Of a DNA stretch of 64,000 nt, positions 1 to 8,221 are shown one piece after another. Both the position numbers and the translations under genes were made by a program. The stretch is from an uncultured delta proteobacterium (GTDB lineage: Bacteria > Desulfobacterota > RBG-13-43-22). The notes below the pieces were generated by a model. The model saw nothing but the letters and a program-made list of their open reading frames with translations. It had not been told where the DNA came from and made no database searches. The stretch's first letter is position 1; each line of letters opens with the position of its first letter. The stretch spans positions 1-64,000 of the forward strand of contig CAWJJC010000020.1 of assembly GCA_963843145.1 (NCBI GenBank). Direction: 5' to 3'.

Positions 1-105
1 AATCTGCGGAGAGCCTCCTTCAAAGGCGGGGGGTTGCAGCCCCCCTTGGAAGGGGCGTCATGGGAGCGCATTCGCGATATGAGCTACGAGAACCGGGGAG
101 GATGA
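1..105 (+). CDS. 3' end of a VapB-type antitoxin (cut by window start)
   Basis: Frame 1 reads NLRRASFKGGGLQPPLEGASWERIRDMSYENRGG*; its TGA overlaps the ATG of a PIN-toxin remnant (ATGA). Confidence 0.6.
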   Translation, partial: NLRRASFKGGGLQPPLEGASWERIRDMSYENRGG

Positions 106-230
106 TCGCTGTCGAGACGAATATCCTGGTCTATGCCCACCGGGCAGACTCCCCCTGGCTGGAATCACCGGAACTCGTATTGCTCAGTGAATTCGAGCAT
201 TATTGGACGGCACTGAAACCAACCCTTTAA
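102..230 (+). pseudogene. vapC: VapC/PIN toxin remnant, internally deleted and truncated (42 aa)
   Basis: MIAVETNILVYAHRADSPW is a typical PIN start (catalytic D appears as E); it is joined directly to LESPELVLLSE and an early TAA. Confidence 0.65.
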
Positions 231-670
231 GACCCAAAATGCACCAGATCCTGCCCAAGGAAAAAAGCCGGCGCGACGAAATCGTTTTCAATTCCCTTTC
301 GGCTGTGGGGTTGTGGGAAGCGTTAAAAGACCGCCTGGATCAGTCCGCCCTCACCCTGACCCTGGAACAGCAGCAACGCCTCTGCATGGCCCGGATCCTG
401 GCCCTGGAGTCCCGCATTGTTCTAATGGACGAACCCTGCTCGGCCCTGGACCCCATGGCCACGGAAAAAATCGAAAGCCTGATGCTGGAGCTCAAGGAAA
501 AGTACACCATCGTCATCGTCACCCACAATATGCAACAGGCCGCCCGCATCTCCGACGAATCCGGGTTTATGCTCCTGGGCGAACTGATCGAGTTCGGGAC
601 CACCGGCCAGATCTTCACCAAGCCCCGGGATGAAAGAACAAATGATTATATTACCGGGAGATATGGATAA
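231..670 (+). pseudogene. pstB: C-terminal half of a PstB paralog lacking Walker A
   Basis: LMDEPCSALDP, IVTHNMQQAAR and YITGRYG present; signature reads LTLEQQQRL rather than LSGGQQQRL; N-terminus missing. Confidence 0.75.
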
Positions 671-725
671 CAAAATTGAGGCCTCCCAACCAAAAGGGCG
701 AACAACCATAAATATCAACCGGCGA

Positions 726-1385
726 TCAATTTTGTTTTTGTTGCTGGTGTTTGACCACTTTCCCCTCGATCATGTAAATCACGTGTTCGGAGATGTTGGT
801 AGCCAGATCGGCGGTCCGTTCCAGATTGTGGGCGATTTTCAGGAGGTGCAAGGCCCTCTCGATCGTCTTCGGATCGGCGATCATGTAGGTAATCAGTTCT
901 CGCAAAATCTGGGAGGCCAAACCGTCCACAATATCGTCCCGTTCGCAGACGCTGACCGCCAGGTCCGGATCTTCATGGACAAAGGCATTGACGGCGTCTC
1001 GCAGCATGCCGCTAGCCGCCTCAGCCATCCGGGGCAGGTCCAGCAAAGGTTTGACCAAAGGTTGGGTGATAAGGAAAAGGCCGTTTTCGGCGCTGTTGGC
1101 GGCGTGGTCGGCAATCCTTTCCAGGTCATTGTTGATTTTGAGACTCATCAAGATGGTCCGCAATTCTTTGGCCTTGGGACTGAATTGGGCGATCATCGTC
1201 GTACAGAGGTCATCGATCAGGATTTCCGTCTCATTGGCCCTTTTTTCACTTTTTTCGATGACCTGAAGGAACAAATCCCGGTCGCTTCTTAACAGCCCGC
1301 CGATGCTGTCGTCGATCATTTTTTCCACCAGGAGGGCGTATCCGATCAAGGTCTTCCTGAGCCCGGCAATTTCCTTTTCCAACAT
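726..1385 (-). CDS. phoU: Phosphate signalling protein PhoU
   Basis: Two PhoU repeats (DLERIADHA, NLERTADLATNISE); follows pstB. Confidence 0.93.
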   Translation of the reverse strand: MLEKEIAGLRKTLIGYALLVEKMIDDSIGGLLRSDRDLFLQVIEKSEKRANETEILIDDLCTTMIAQFSPKAKELRTILMSLKINNDLERIADHAANSAENGLFLITQPLVKPLLDLPRMAEAASGMLRDAVNAFVHEDPDLAVSVCERDDIVDGLASQILRELITYMIADPKTIERALHLLKIAHNLERTADLATNISEHVIYMIEGKVVKHQQQKQN

Positions 1386-1396
1386 AGTTCCCCCGA

Positions 1397-2164
1397 TCAA
1401 CCAAATTTTCCGGTTAAATATTCTTCCGTCCGCTTGTCCTTGGGAACGGTGAACATCGTTTTCGTCAATCCGTGTTCAATTAATTCCCCGAGGTAGATAA
1501 AAGCCGTATAATCGGACACCCGGGCCGCCTGGCCCATGTTGTGGGTGACTAAGAGCATGGTGACGGTTTCTTTCAGGTCCGCGATCAAGGCTTCTATATG
1601 GGAGGTCGATTTCGGATCCAGGGCGGAAGTCGGTTCATCCAGTAACAGAATCTCCGGATTCATGGCCAGGGCCCGGGCGATACACAGCCTTTGTTGCTGG
1701 CCTCCGGACAAAAAGGTTCCCTTGCGATGCAGGAAATCCTTGACCTCGTTCCACAAGGCGGCCTGCTGGAGTGATCGTTCCACGATCTCCTCGGTTTCCT
1801 TTCGGCTGAGCCGAATTCCATTCAATTTATAACCGGCAATGACATTTTCATAAATGCTCATGGTGGGAAAGGGGTTCGGTTTTTGAAAGACCATGCCGAT
1901 TTTTCTTCGAAGCACGATCGGTTCCATGGCGTAGATATCTCTATCCCGCAGATAGATCTTGCCTTGGATGTTAGAACCGGGGATCAACTCGTGCATCCGG
2001 TTAATGCAGCGGATGATCGTAGTTTTGCCGCAACCCGAAGGCCCCATCAGAGCGGTGACCTTATTGTCGCCGATGGCTAGGGAGACGTCCTTCAGGACGC
2101 GGTTATCGCCATAACCGGCGGAAAAATGTTCAATGCGTAAGACGTTTAAAGTTGGATCTTCCAT
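1397..2164 (-). CDS. pstB: Phosphate ABC transporter ATPase
   Basis: [37 protein letters not shown]. Confidence 0.96.
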   Translation of the reverse strand: MEDPTLNVLRIEHFSAGYGDNRVLKDVSLAIGDNKVTALMGPSGCGKTTIIRCINRMHELIPGSNIQGKIYLRDRDIYAMEPIVLRRKIGMVFQKPNPFPTMSIYENVIAGYKLNGIRLSRKETEEIVERSLQQAALWNEVKDFLHRKGTFLSGGQQQRLCIARALAMNPEILLLDEPTSALDPKSTSHIEALIADLKETVTMLLVTHNMGQAARVSDYTAFIYLGELIEHGLTKTMFTVPKDKRTEEYLTGKFG

Positions 2165-2991
2165 CTTTTTGAGACTTTCCGGGCGATCAGATTAAACACC
2201 AAAACCAGGCTGACCAGGATAAAAGACGCCCCCCAGGCCAATCGGTGGAATTCCGGATAAGGGCTGGTGGCATAATAAAAAATGATATGGGGCAGCGACT
2301 CCATGGGCTTAAAAAGATTCCAGTTTAGGAAGGGATTGCCAAAGGAGGTGAAGAGCAGCGGAGCGGTTTCCCCGGTGATCCGGGCGATACCGAGTAAAAT
2401 ACCGGTCACGATGCCGCTGAGGCCGGACGGTATAATCACCTTTAAAATGGTCCGGTGATAAGGCACTCCCAGGGCCAGGGAGGCCTCCTTCAGATGATAG
2501 GGAATCAGCTTTAGCGTCTCTTCCGTGGACTTGATGATTACGGGAATCATCATCATGCTCAAGGCGATACCCCCGGAAAAAACCGAGAAGCTCCTGAAGG
2601 GACGAACGATCCAGGTATAGGCGATGATGCCGATGACGATCGAGGGGGTGCCTTGCAGGATTTCGACACACAGTTTTACCGTTCGCGAGAGGAAGCCCTC
2701 CCGATTTTCCGAGAGGTAGATTCCCGAGGCGATCCCCACGGGCACGGAGAAAAGGCTGGAGAGTATAATCAGAACGAAGGTGCCCACAATAGCGTTAAAA
2801 ACCCCGCCCCCGATTTCTCCCATGGGCCGGGGAACCTCGGTGAGGAAGGCCCAATTGATAGAGCTGATCCCGTTTTTCCCGATATAGAAAAGGATCAGCA
2901 GCATGGGCGAGATGGAAAGAAAAGAGAGGAGGATAATAGACCCTTTGAAACAATTATTTTTGAAAATGCGCCAGGCCGTGTTCGCTTCCAT
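2146..2991 (-). CDS. pstA: Phosphate ABC transporter permease PstA
   Basis: [22 protein letters not shown]; operon position. Confidence 0.93.
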   Translation of the reverse strand: MEANTAWRIFKNNCFKGSIILLSFLSISPMLLILFYIGKNGISSINWAFLTEVPRPMGEIGGGVFNAIVGTFVLIILSSLFSVPVGIASGIYLSENREGFLSRTVKLCVEILQGTPSIVIGIIAYTWIVRPFRSFSVFSGGIALSMMMIPVIIKSTEETLKLIPYHLKEASLALGVPYHRTILKVIIPSGLSGIVTGILLGIARITGETAPLLFTSFGNPFLNWNLFKPMESLPHIIFYYATSPYPEFHRLAWGASFILVSLVLVFNLIARKVSKRWKIQL

Positions 2992-3909
2992 CAGGTGACT
3001 TCCCTCTCGGCGGCGATGCTGACTTTTTTGATAACGTAGTTGCCGATGAGATTGACCACCATGGTGACCAGAAACAGCACCAGGGCGATGTTGATCAAGG
3101 AGGAGACGTAAATCTCCAGGGTGGCCTCGGTAAATTCATTGGCAATGACACTGGCCATGGTATTGGCCGGATCAAAGATACTGTGAGGAATACTGTTCCG
3201 ATTGCCGATGAGCATGGTCACGGCCATGGTCTCTCCCAGGGCCCTTCCCAGGGAAAGCAGGATACCGGCGATGATCCCGGAGCGGGCATAAGGCAGGATG
3301 ATCCTCTTAACGACCTCATAGCGGGTGGCCCCGAGAGAATAGGCGGCTTCCTTGAGATCGGCCGGGGCCAGGGCGATAACCTCCCGGCCGATAGAGGCGG
3401 CATAGGGGATGACCATAATGGCCAGGATGAGGGAAGAGGACAACAATCCCGACCCCCTCGGCCAGGACACCCATCTTGATCTCTATGGCCCTGACGATAG
3501 GGATAAGCACAAACAAACCCCAAAACCCGTAGATCACCGAGGGGATGCCGGCTAAAACCTCAATGGAACTCTTCAGGAAAGAGGAGAGGGCCCCTTCTTT
3601 GTAATATTCGCCGAGTAAAATGGAGATCGCGGTGGAAAAAGGTATGGAGATGAGCAGGGCCAGGAAAGAGGTCGCCAAGGTCCCCACCAAAAAGGGAAGG
3701 GCCCCGAACTTACTGGTCACCGGATCCCAGAGACGTCCGCTAAGAAAGGAAAGACCGAAGACCTTAATCGACGGCCAGGCCCGAATCAGCAAGGTGAGGA
3801 AGATACCCAGGAGCAGGGCGACGATTAAATAGGCGAAAAAGGACAAAAAAGTTGAAAACCGCTGTTCCGATTTGTCGATGACCCAGGTGTTGTTTTCCGT
3901 TTCTAGCAT
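2991..3909 (-). CDS. pstC: Phosphate ABC transporter permease PstC (frameshift near 3460, probably an error)
   Basis: ORF 3316..3909 (FGALPFLVGT, IPSVIYGFWG) and ORF 2991..3470 (RALGETMAV) join into one PstC. Confidence 0.9.
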
Positions 3910-4026
3910 ACCAACCGAATCGTTTTTAAGGATCTATAAAAAATAATCCAAGGGGTCAAGGATTCGAGGAGTCAATCCCGCTGAAGCAAGATCGAACCCC
4001 GGAACCCTCGACCCCAATTTTTGTCT

Positions 4027-4068
4027 TAAACCCCCTTGCCCGGGGCGGGCACCCCGAAGCATGAAAAT
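4027..4068 (+). repeat. Dispersed ~41-bp repeat TAA(A/C)CCCC..GGGCGGGCACCCCGAAGCATGAAAAT
   Basis: Close copies at 11806-11847 and 11867-11906; degenerate copy near 7957-7993. Confidence 0.7.
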
Positions 4069-4139
4069 ATGCTTTAAAGGGATCGAGTCGGCTCGTCATT
4101 CCTCTATGTTGAAAAGCAAGTCTTTTATAGAGGTTTTTT

Positions 4140-4528
4140 TTAAATTTATCCCTTCTCCTGGACGACCGCCTGGGTGGCATCCTGAGTGGCATACTGAGAC
4201 CACCTGTGGAGAACCCAGGTGGTCGTCCAGGAGAAGGCCAGGTTTTTTTGCCCTTCTCGATAGATACCCTCTGTTTGAGGGAAAATCGACGAGAAGTGCG
4301 ATCTTTTCGTTAACCGACATCCGGGGAAAGAGCGGCACCAATCTTACTAATCAATCTTCTATTAGCAGACATACCCCTGGATGGATAGCTGCAGCTCCTT
4401 GATTATATTATAAACGTGGGCACGAAGTCTGGACTAGTGCAGACATCGATGAAACCTGAGCTGCAGGAATGACAGATCGTTGCCCACAAAACGACTTATA
4501 AGACTGGTGTTACCCCCGTTCCCGGGTT
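4140..4528 (-). ncRNA. Putative bridge/seekRNA of the IS1111-type element
   Basis: Stem/internal loop at 4416-4487 shows GTCATTCCT and GTCCAGAC, matching the left and right junctions; further hairpins near 4318-4383, 4253-4296 and 4151-4237; RNA ends unknown. Confidence 0.75.
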
Positions 4529-5599
4529 TTACTGAATCACTCCCGGAACATAGTCCACTTGGTTCTTTAACACATAACGAATGCGGTTGAGCAGTCTCCG
4601 GGCAATCTTGACAATGGCCTTGGTCTTCTTCATCCGCCGGCAGTACTCATTAAAGGCCAGCAACAATACCGGATCCAGCCGGGCGGCCGTCCAGGCGGCT
4701 TCGATGAGTACGTCCCGTAGTTGGGCGTTTCGCCGAAAGGTCAGGCCGCCGATATGCTCGGTTTCTCCGCTGACGTGAATGTCGGGGATGAGCCCCACGT
4801 AACTGGCCAGGTGGTCCAGGTCGCTAAAGCGGGATAGGTCACAAAGCTCGGTGAGCAGGATCATGGACGCTAGCGTACTTAATCCCGGGACGGTTTTTAA
4901 GTGCTCCACACTCTTCCGATACACGGGCTCCCGGGAAAGCAGGATGATGCCCCGGTTTACGGAGGCGATCAGTGACTTGAGCTGCTTTAGTTCTTCTAGA
5001 TAGGCCTGAAAGGCCAGATGGCCGCTGGCCCGCTCCATCTGGATCTGTTCGAGCTGGTTAAGAAACTTTTGGGACCACCGACTACGAACGACTTCTTCGG
5101 GCTGATCCAGCCCGTAGAAGAACAGAAAGGACTTGATTTGATTCTTACACCGGGTTTGCTTCCGCACCAAACTTTGCCGGATTCGGACCAGGCTGCGATC
5201 TTCCAACTGGGGTCGGGTCGGAACGTAGATCCCTTTCAGTTCCCCGCTCCGCAGATGCCGGGCCAGCTTGCGGCAGTCGATCCGATCCCGTTTGGTGGTG
5301 CGCTCTTTATTCGTCGTCGGGACATCAGCCGGATGGACCACGATACAGTTGACCCCCTTTTCCTGAAGCTGATTGTGGGTCCAGAAGCCGCTAAAACCGG
5401 CTTCATAGGCCGAATAATAGTTCGCCCCGGGAAAATTCCGTTTCAGATAATGGGCCAATTTGTCCGCTTCGGGAGGCTGGGTAAACTTTTTATGCTCGCA
5501 TTGTTCCGAAAAAATGCTCACGCTCCAGTTCTTTTTATGGACATCCAGTCCCACGTAAATCGATTGACCCGAAAAATCCAATTTGTTAACCTGTTCCAT
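4529..5599 (-). CDS. IS110-family DEDD transposase/recombinase
   Basis: GLDVHK, YEAG, KRDRID (DEDD), C-terminal YVGLIP..HVSGE serine motif, IARRLL. Confidence 0.95.
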   Translation of the reverse strand: MEQVNKLDFSGQSIYVGLDVHKKNWSVSIFSEQCEHKKFTQPPEADKLAHYLKRNFPGANYYSAYEAGFSGFWTHNQLQEKGVNCIVVHPADVPTTNKERTTKRDRIDCRKLARHLRSGELKGIYVPTRPQLEDRSLVRIRQSLVRKQTRCKNQIKSFLFFYGLDQPEEVVRSRWSQKFLNQLEQIQMERASGHLAFQAYLEELKQLKSLIASVNRGIILLSREPVYRKSVEHLKTVPGLSTLASMILLTELCDLSRFSDLDHLASYVGLIPDIHVSGETEHIGGLTFRRNAQLRDVLIEAAWTAARLDPVLLLAFNEYCRRMKKTKAIVKIARRLLNRIRYVLKNQVDYVPGVIQ

Positions 5600-5686
5600 A
5601 GCAAGTCTCCTTTCGGTTGTTTTTTTGTCTGGCACCAAAAGTATAACCGAAAACTCAAGACTTGCCTTTCTATTTCAACATAAGGT

Positions 5687-5767
5687 CTGGACAAGCGAAG
5701 CGCGATCCGGAATCCAGCCTCGGATAAGCTTCGGAGGTCCTGGATACCGGATCAAGTCCGGTATGAC
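5687..5767. repeat. REP-like palindrome, right part (left arm GTCATTC at 4095-4101)
   Basis: ATCCGGAATCCAG...CTGGATACCGGATCAAGTCCGGTATGAC; intact relative at 8016-8132. Confidence 0.8.
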
Positions 5768-5823
5768 TACCTAGGGAAAAGGCCTAAAAAGCGGTGATCA
5801 ATTCTATTTTCGTATTAAATCCC

Positions 5824-6871
5824 CTATTTTAAGACCGGTTTGCCGTTATAGGTCATCGAGTGGACCAGTTTATCCGCTTTGGCAAAGGCGTCCTTGGAAA
5901 GGGGGGCATAATGCAAGGGCTTCGGCATATTTCTGACCGTCGGTAATGACCCATTTTATTAATTTGGCCAGGGTTTCCGCTTTCTCCAGGGTCTTCCCAC
6001 CATAATTTTGCTCTTTGTAGAAGATCAGGTAGGTGAAACCGGCGATGGGGTAACCATCCTGGGCATCGGTATCCGTCAAGGAGATGTGCATATCCTCCGG
6101 CAATTTGGTGTTGGCCGCCAGACTGGTCGATTTAATGGTCGGTTCGATGAATTTTCCGGCCTTATTTTTCAAGGCGGCGGCCGGCATATTGTTTTGCAGG
6201 GTGTAGATGAGTTCCACGTAGCCAAGAGAGCCGGGGATCTGCTTGATCAGTCCGGCTACTCCGGGATTGCCTTTGCCCCCGAGTCCCACCGGCCAGTTCA
6301 GAGAGGTCCCCATACCGACCTTTTCTTTCCATTCGGCACTGACTTTGCTCAAGTAATCGCTGAAGATATTGGTCGTGCCGCTGCCGTCGGAACGATGGGC
6401 CACGGTTATGGCCAGGTCCGGAAGATGCACCCCCGGATTTAAGGCCGTCACCCGCGGGTCGTTCCATTTCTTAATCTTTCCCAGAAAGATATCGGCGATC
6501 ACCTCCGGCGCGAACTTCAGTTTGGGATTGTCGGGCAGATTATAAGAAATGACCACTGAACCGAGGCAGGTGGGGACATGAACGATCGGGGCCCCGGCCC
6601 CTTTCAACTGGTCCTCGGTCATGAAGGCGTCCGTGCCGCCGAAGTCCACCACCTTGCTGCTGAGCTGCTTAATGCCTCCACCGGAACCGATTCCCTGATA
6701 ATTGATTTTAACCTTGTACTCCTGGAAGTATTCGTAGAACATTTTTGAATAAAGGGGTTGGGGAAAGGTGGCTCCCGCACCCAACAATTCCATATCGGCC
6801 GCCCCGGCGGCCGTCCCTAACCCCAAGATCACCAAACCAACCAATAAAAATAATTTACCAATGAATTTCAT
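5824..6871 (-). CDS. pstS: Phosphate-binding protein PstS (frameshift near C-terminus)
   Basis: Signal peptide, GAGATFP, GSGGG, RSDGSGTT, GGKGNPGV. Confidence 0.95.
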
Positions 6872-6904
6872 TACCTTCTCCTCCTTAAGAATTTTTGATT
6901 TTAG

Positions 6905-6958
6905 ATCATGCTCTTTCTCTGTTAAGGAGGTGCAACTTCCAGGTTAATTTTATGTTAC
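6905..6958 (-). promoter_or_regulatory. Pho-box-like promoter of pstS
   Basis: Minus strand GTAAC-n6-TTAAC-n6-GTTGC-n6-TTAAC-n10-CATGAT. Confidence 0.75.
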
Positions 6959-7183
6959 ATCTCTCTTCGAGGGACGACTCCTTTGGGAGTCGGCCCTTCA
7001 CCATGGGGGAAGTTGGGCGGAAAGCGGGGGGGCCTTACCTTACTTATATGAACCGTGGGGTGGATAGCCTGGGGATCTTTGGGGGATTTTTACGGTGCCG
7101 GGACCTTTCTTCAACAGCCAGAGCGTTGCCTCGCCGAACAGACAATATATCAACCAATCGAGTCCTTACCGCCCCTTCGCATT

Positions 7184-7936
7184 TCAAACGCCGTGCAAGC
7201 GGCCATCCAGCCAGCGTATCACCTCCCGGTAATCCGCCGCCCCATTGGACCCGGGGGCATACTGAAAAATTGGCCTTCCGAATGCCGGGGCTTCGGCCAA
7301 CGAAACGCTCTCCCGTACCAGGGGGGCCACCTTGCCCGGGAATAGCGATTCCAATTTCTCCATGATCTCCCGGTGGATTATTCTTCGGGGATGCGCCCGG
7401 CAGGGGATCACCGCCCCGATTTCCAGGAGACGATTGTCCTGCTGGACGGCGGCGACGGTTTGCAGGATCTGCTGGATCGCGTTCAGCCCCAAGTAATGGA
7501 CTTCCACGGGGACCAGGACAAAATGGGAAGTCCGCAAGGCCCCCAGGGTCAAGATTTCTTCCCCGGGAGGACAGTCGATGACCACCCGGTCCCAGTCTCC
7601 CGGTGTCCTTTCCAAACTTCTTCGCAGCAATTCCAGACCGAGTGCCCCGCTGAAACGCCGGCGGGCCTCCACTAATCCCGGCCCGGAAGGGACCAGATAC
7701 AATTCGGGCATCACGGTTTCAATCACCGGCAGCGCGTTGGAGGCGGACAAGGCCTGCAATAGCCCCTCGCCGTCATTGGAAACCCCCAGAGACAGGCCCG
7801 CACTGCCCTGGGGATCATTGTCTATCAACAAAACCCGCTGTCCCTTTTCCGCCCACCCGGCGGCCAGGCTGACCGCGGTGGTCGTCTTGCCTACGCCCCC
7901 TTTGTGGTTCATTACAGAAAAGATTAAGGATTTCAT
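7184..7936 (-). CDS. ParA/Soj-family ATPase
   Basis: KGGVGKTT, IDNDPQGS, IDCPP, LAEAPAFG. Confidence 0.9.
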   Translation of the reverse strand: MKSLIFSVMNHKGGVGKTTTAVSLAAGWAEKGQRVLLIDNDPQGSAGLSLGVSNDGEGLLQALSASNALPVIETVMPELYLVPSGPGLVEARRRFSGALGLELLRRSLERTPGDWDRVVIDCPPGEEILTLGALRTSHFVLVPVEVHYLGLNAIQQILQTVAAVQQDNRLLEIGAVIPCRAHPRRIIHREIMEKLESLFPGKVAPLVRESVSLAEAPAFGRPIFQYAPGSNGAADYREVIRWLDGRLHGV

Positions 7937-8015
7937 AAAGGCCTCCTTTTAGACACCCGGGCATAAGGTGGGCACCCACAAAGCACGAGAATAATAGTTA
8001 GCCAGGAGCAAGGTC

Positions 8016-8132
8016 GTCATTCCGGCGGAAGCCCTTCGACAGACCCAGGGCCTTGGGCTTTGTCGAATGGCCGGAATCCAGAGCCACTTAAGCTTCAATA
8101 TGCCCTGGATCCCGGATCAAGTCCGGGATGAC
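8016..8132. repeat. REP-like palindrome GTCATTCCGG...CCGGGATGAC
   Basis: Nested inverted repeats; same family as the IS target. Confidence 0.75.
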
Positions 8133-8221
8133 TGCAAAAAACAAAGGGCTAAAGCGGTATTCGCCTTTATTACCATACTAAACATTCAATGTTGGAAGTT
8201 CGATGTTCGATGTTCGTTCTG

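Larger units (their letters stand above)
4104..5686 (-). mobile_element. IS110-family, IS1111-type insertion sequence inserted in a REP-like palindrome
   Basis: Sub-terminal inverted repeats TATGTTGAAA (4105-4114) and TTTCAACATA (5673-5682); CT at both ends (4102-4103, 5687-5688); removal rejoins GTCATTC-CT-GGACAAGCGAAGCGCGATCCGGAATCCAG; long non-coding end 3' of the transposase. Confidence 0.9.

Noticed and set aside
4061-4402. Short ORFs in the IS right end
   Set aside because: They overlap the structured non-coding region and have no protein-like features
6895-7365. + strand ORFs between pstS and parA
   Set aside because: They overlap the pstS promoter and the antisense strand of parA; no motifs
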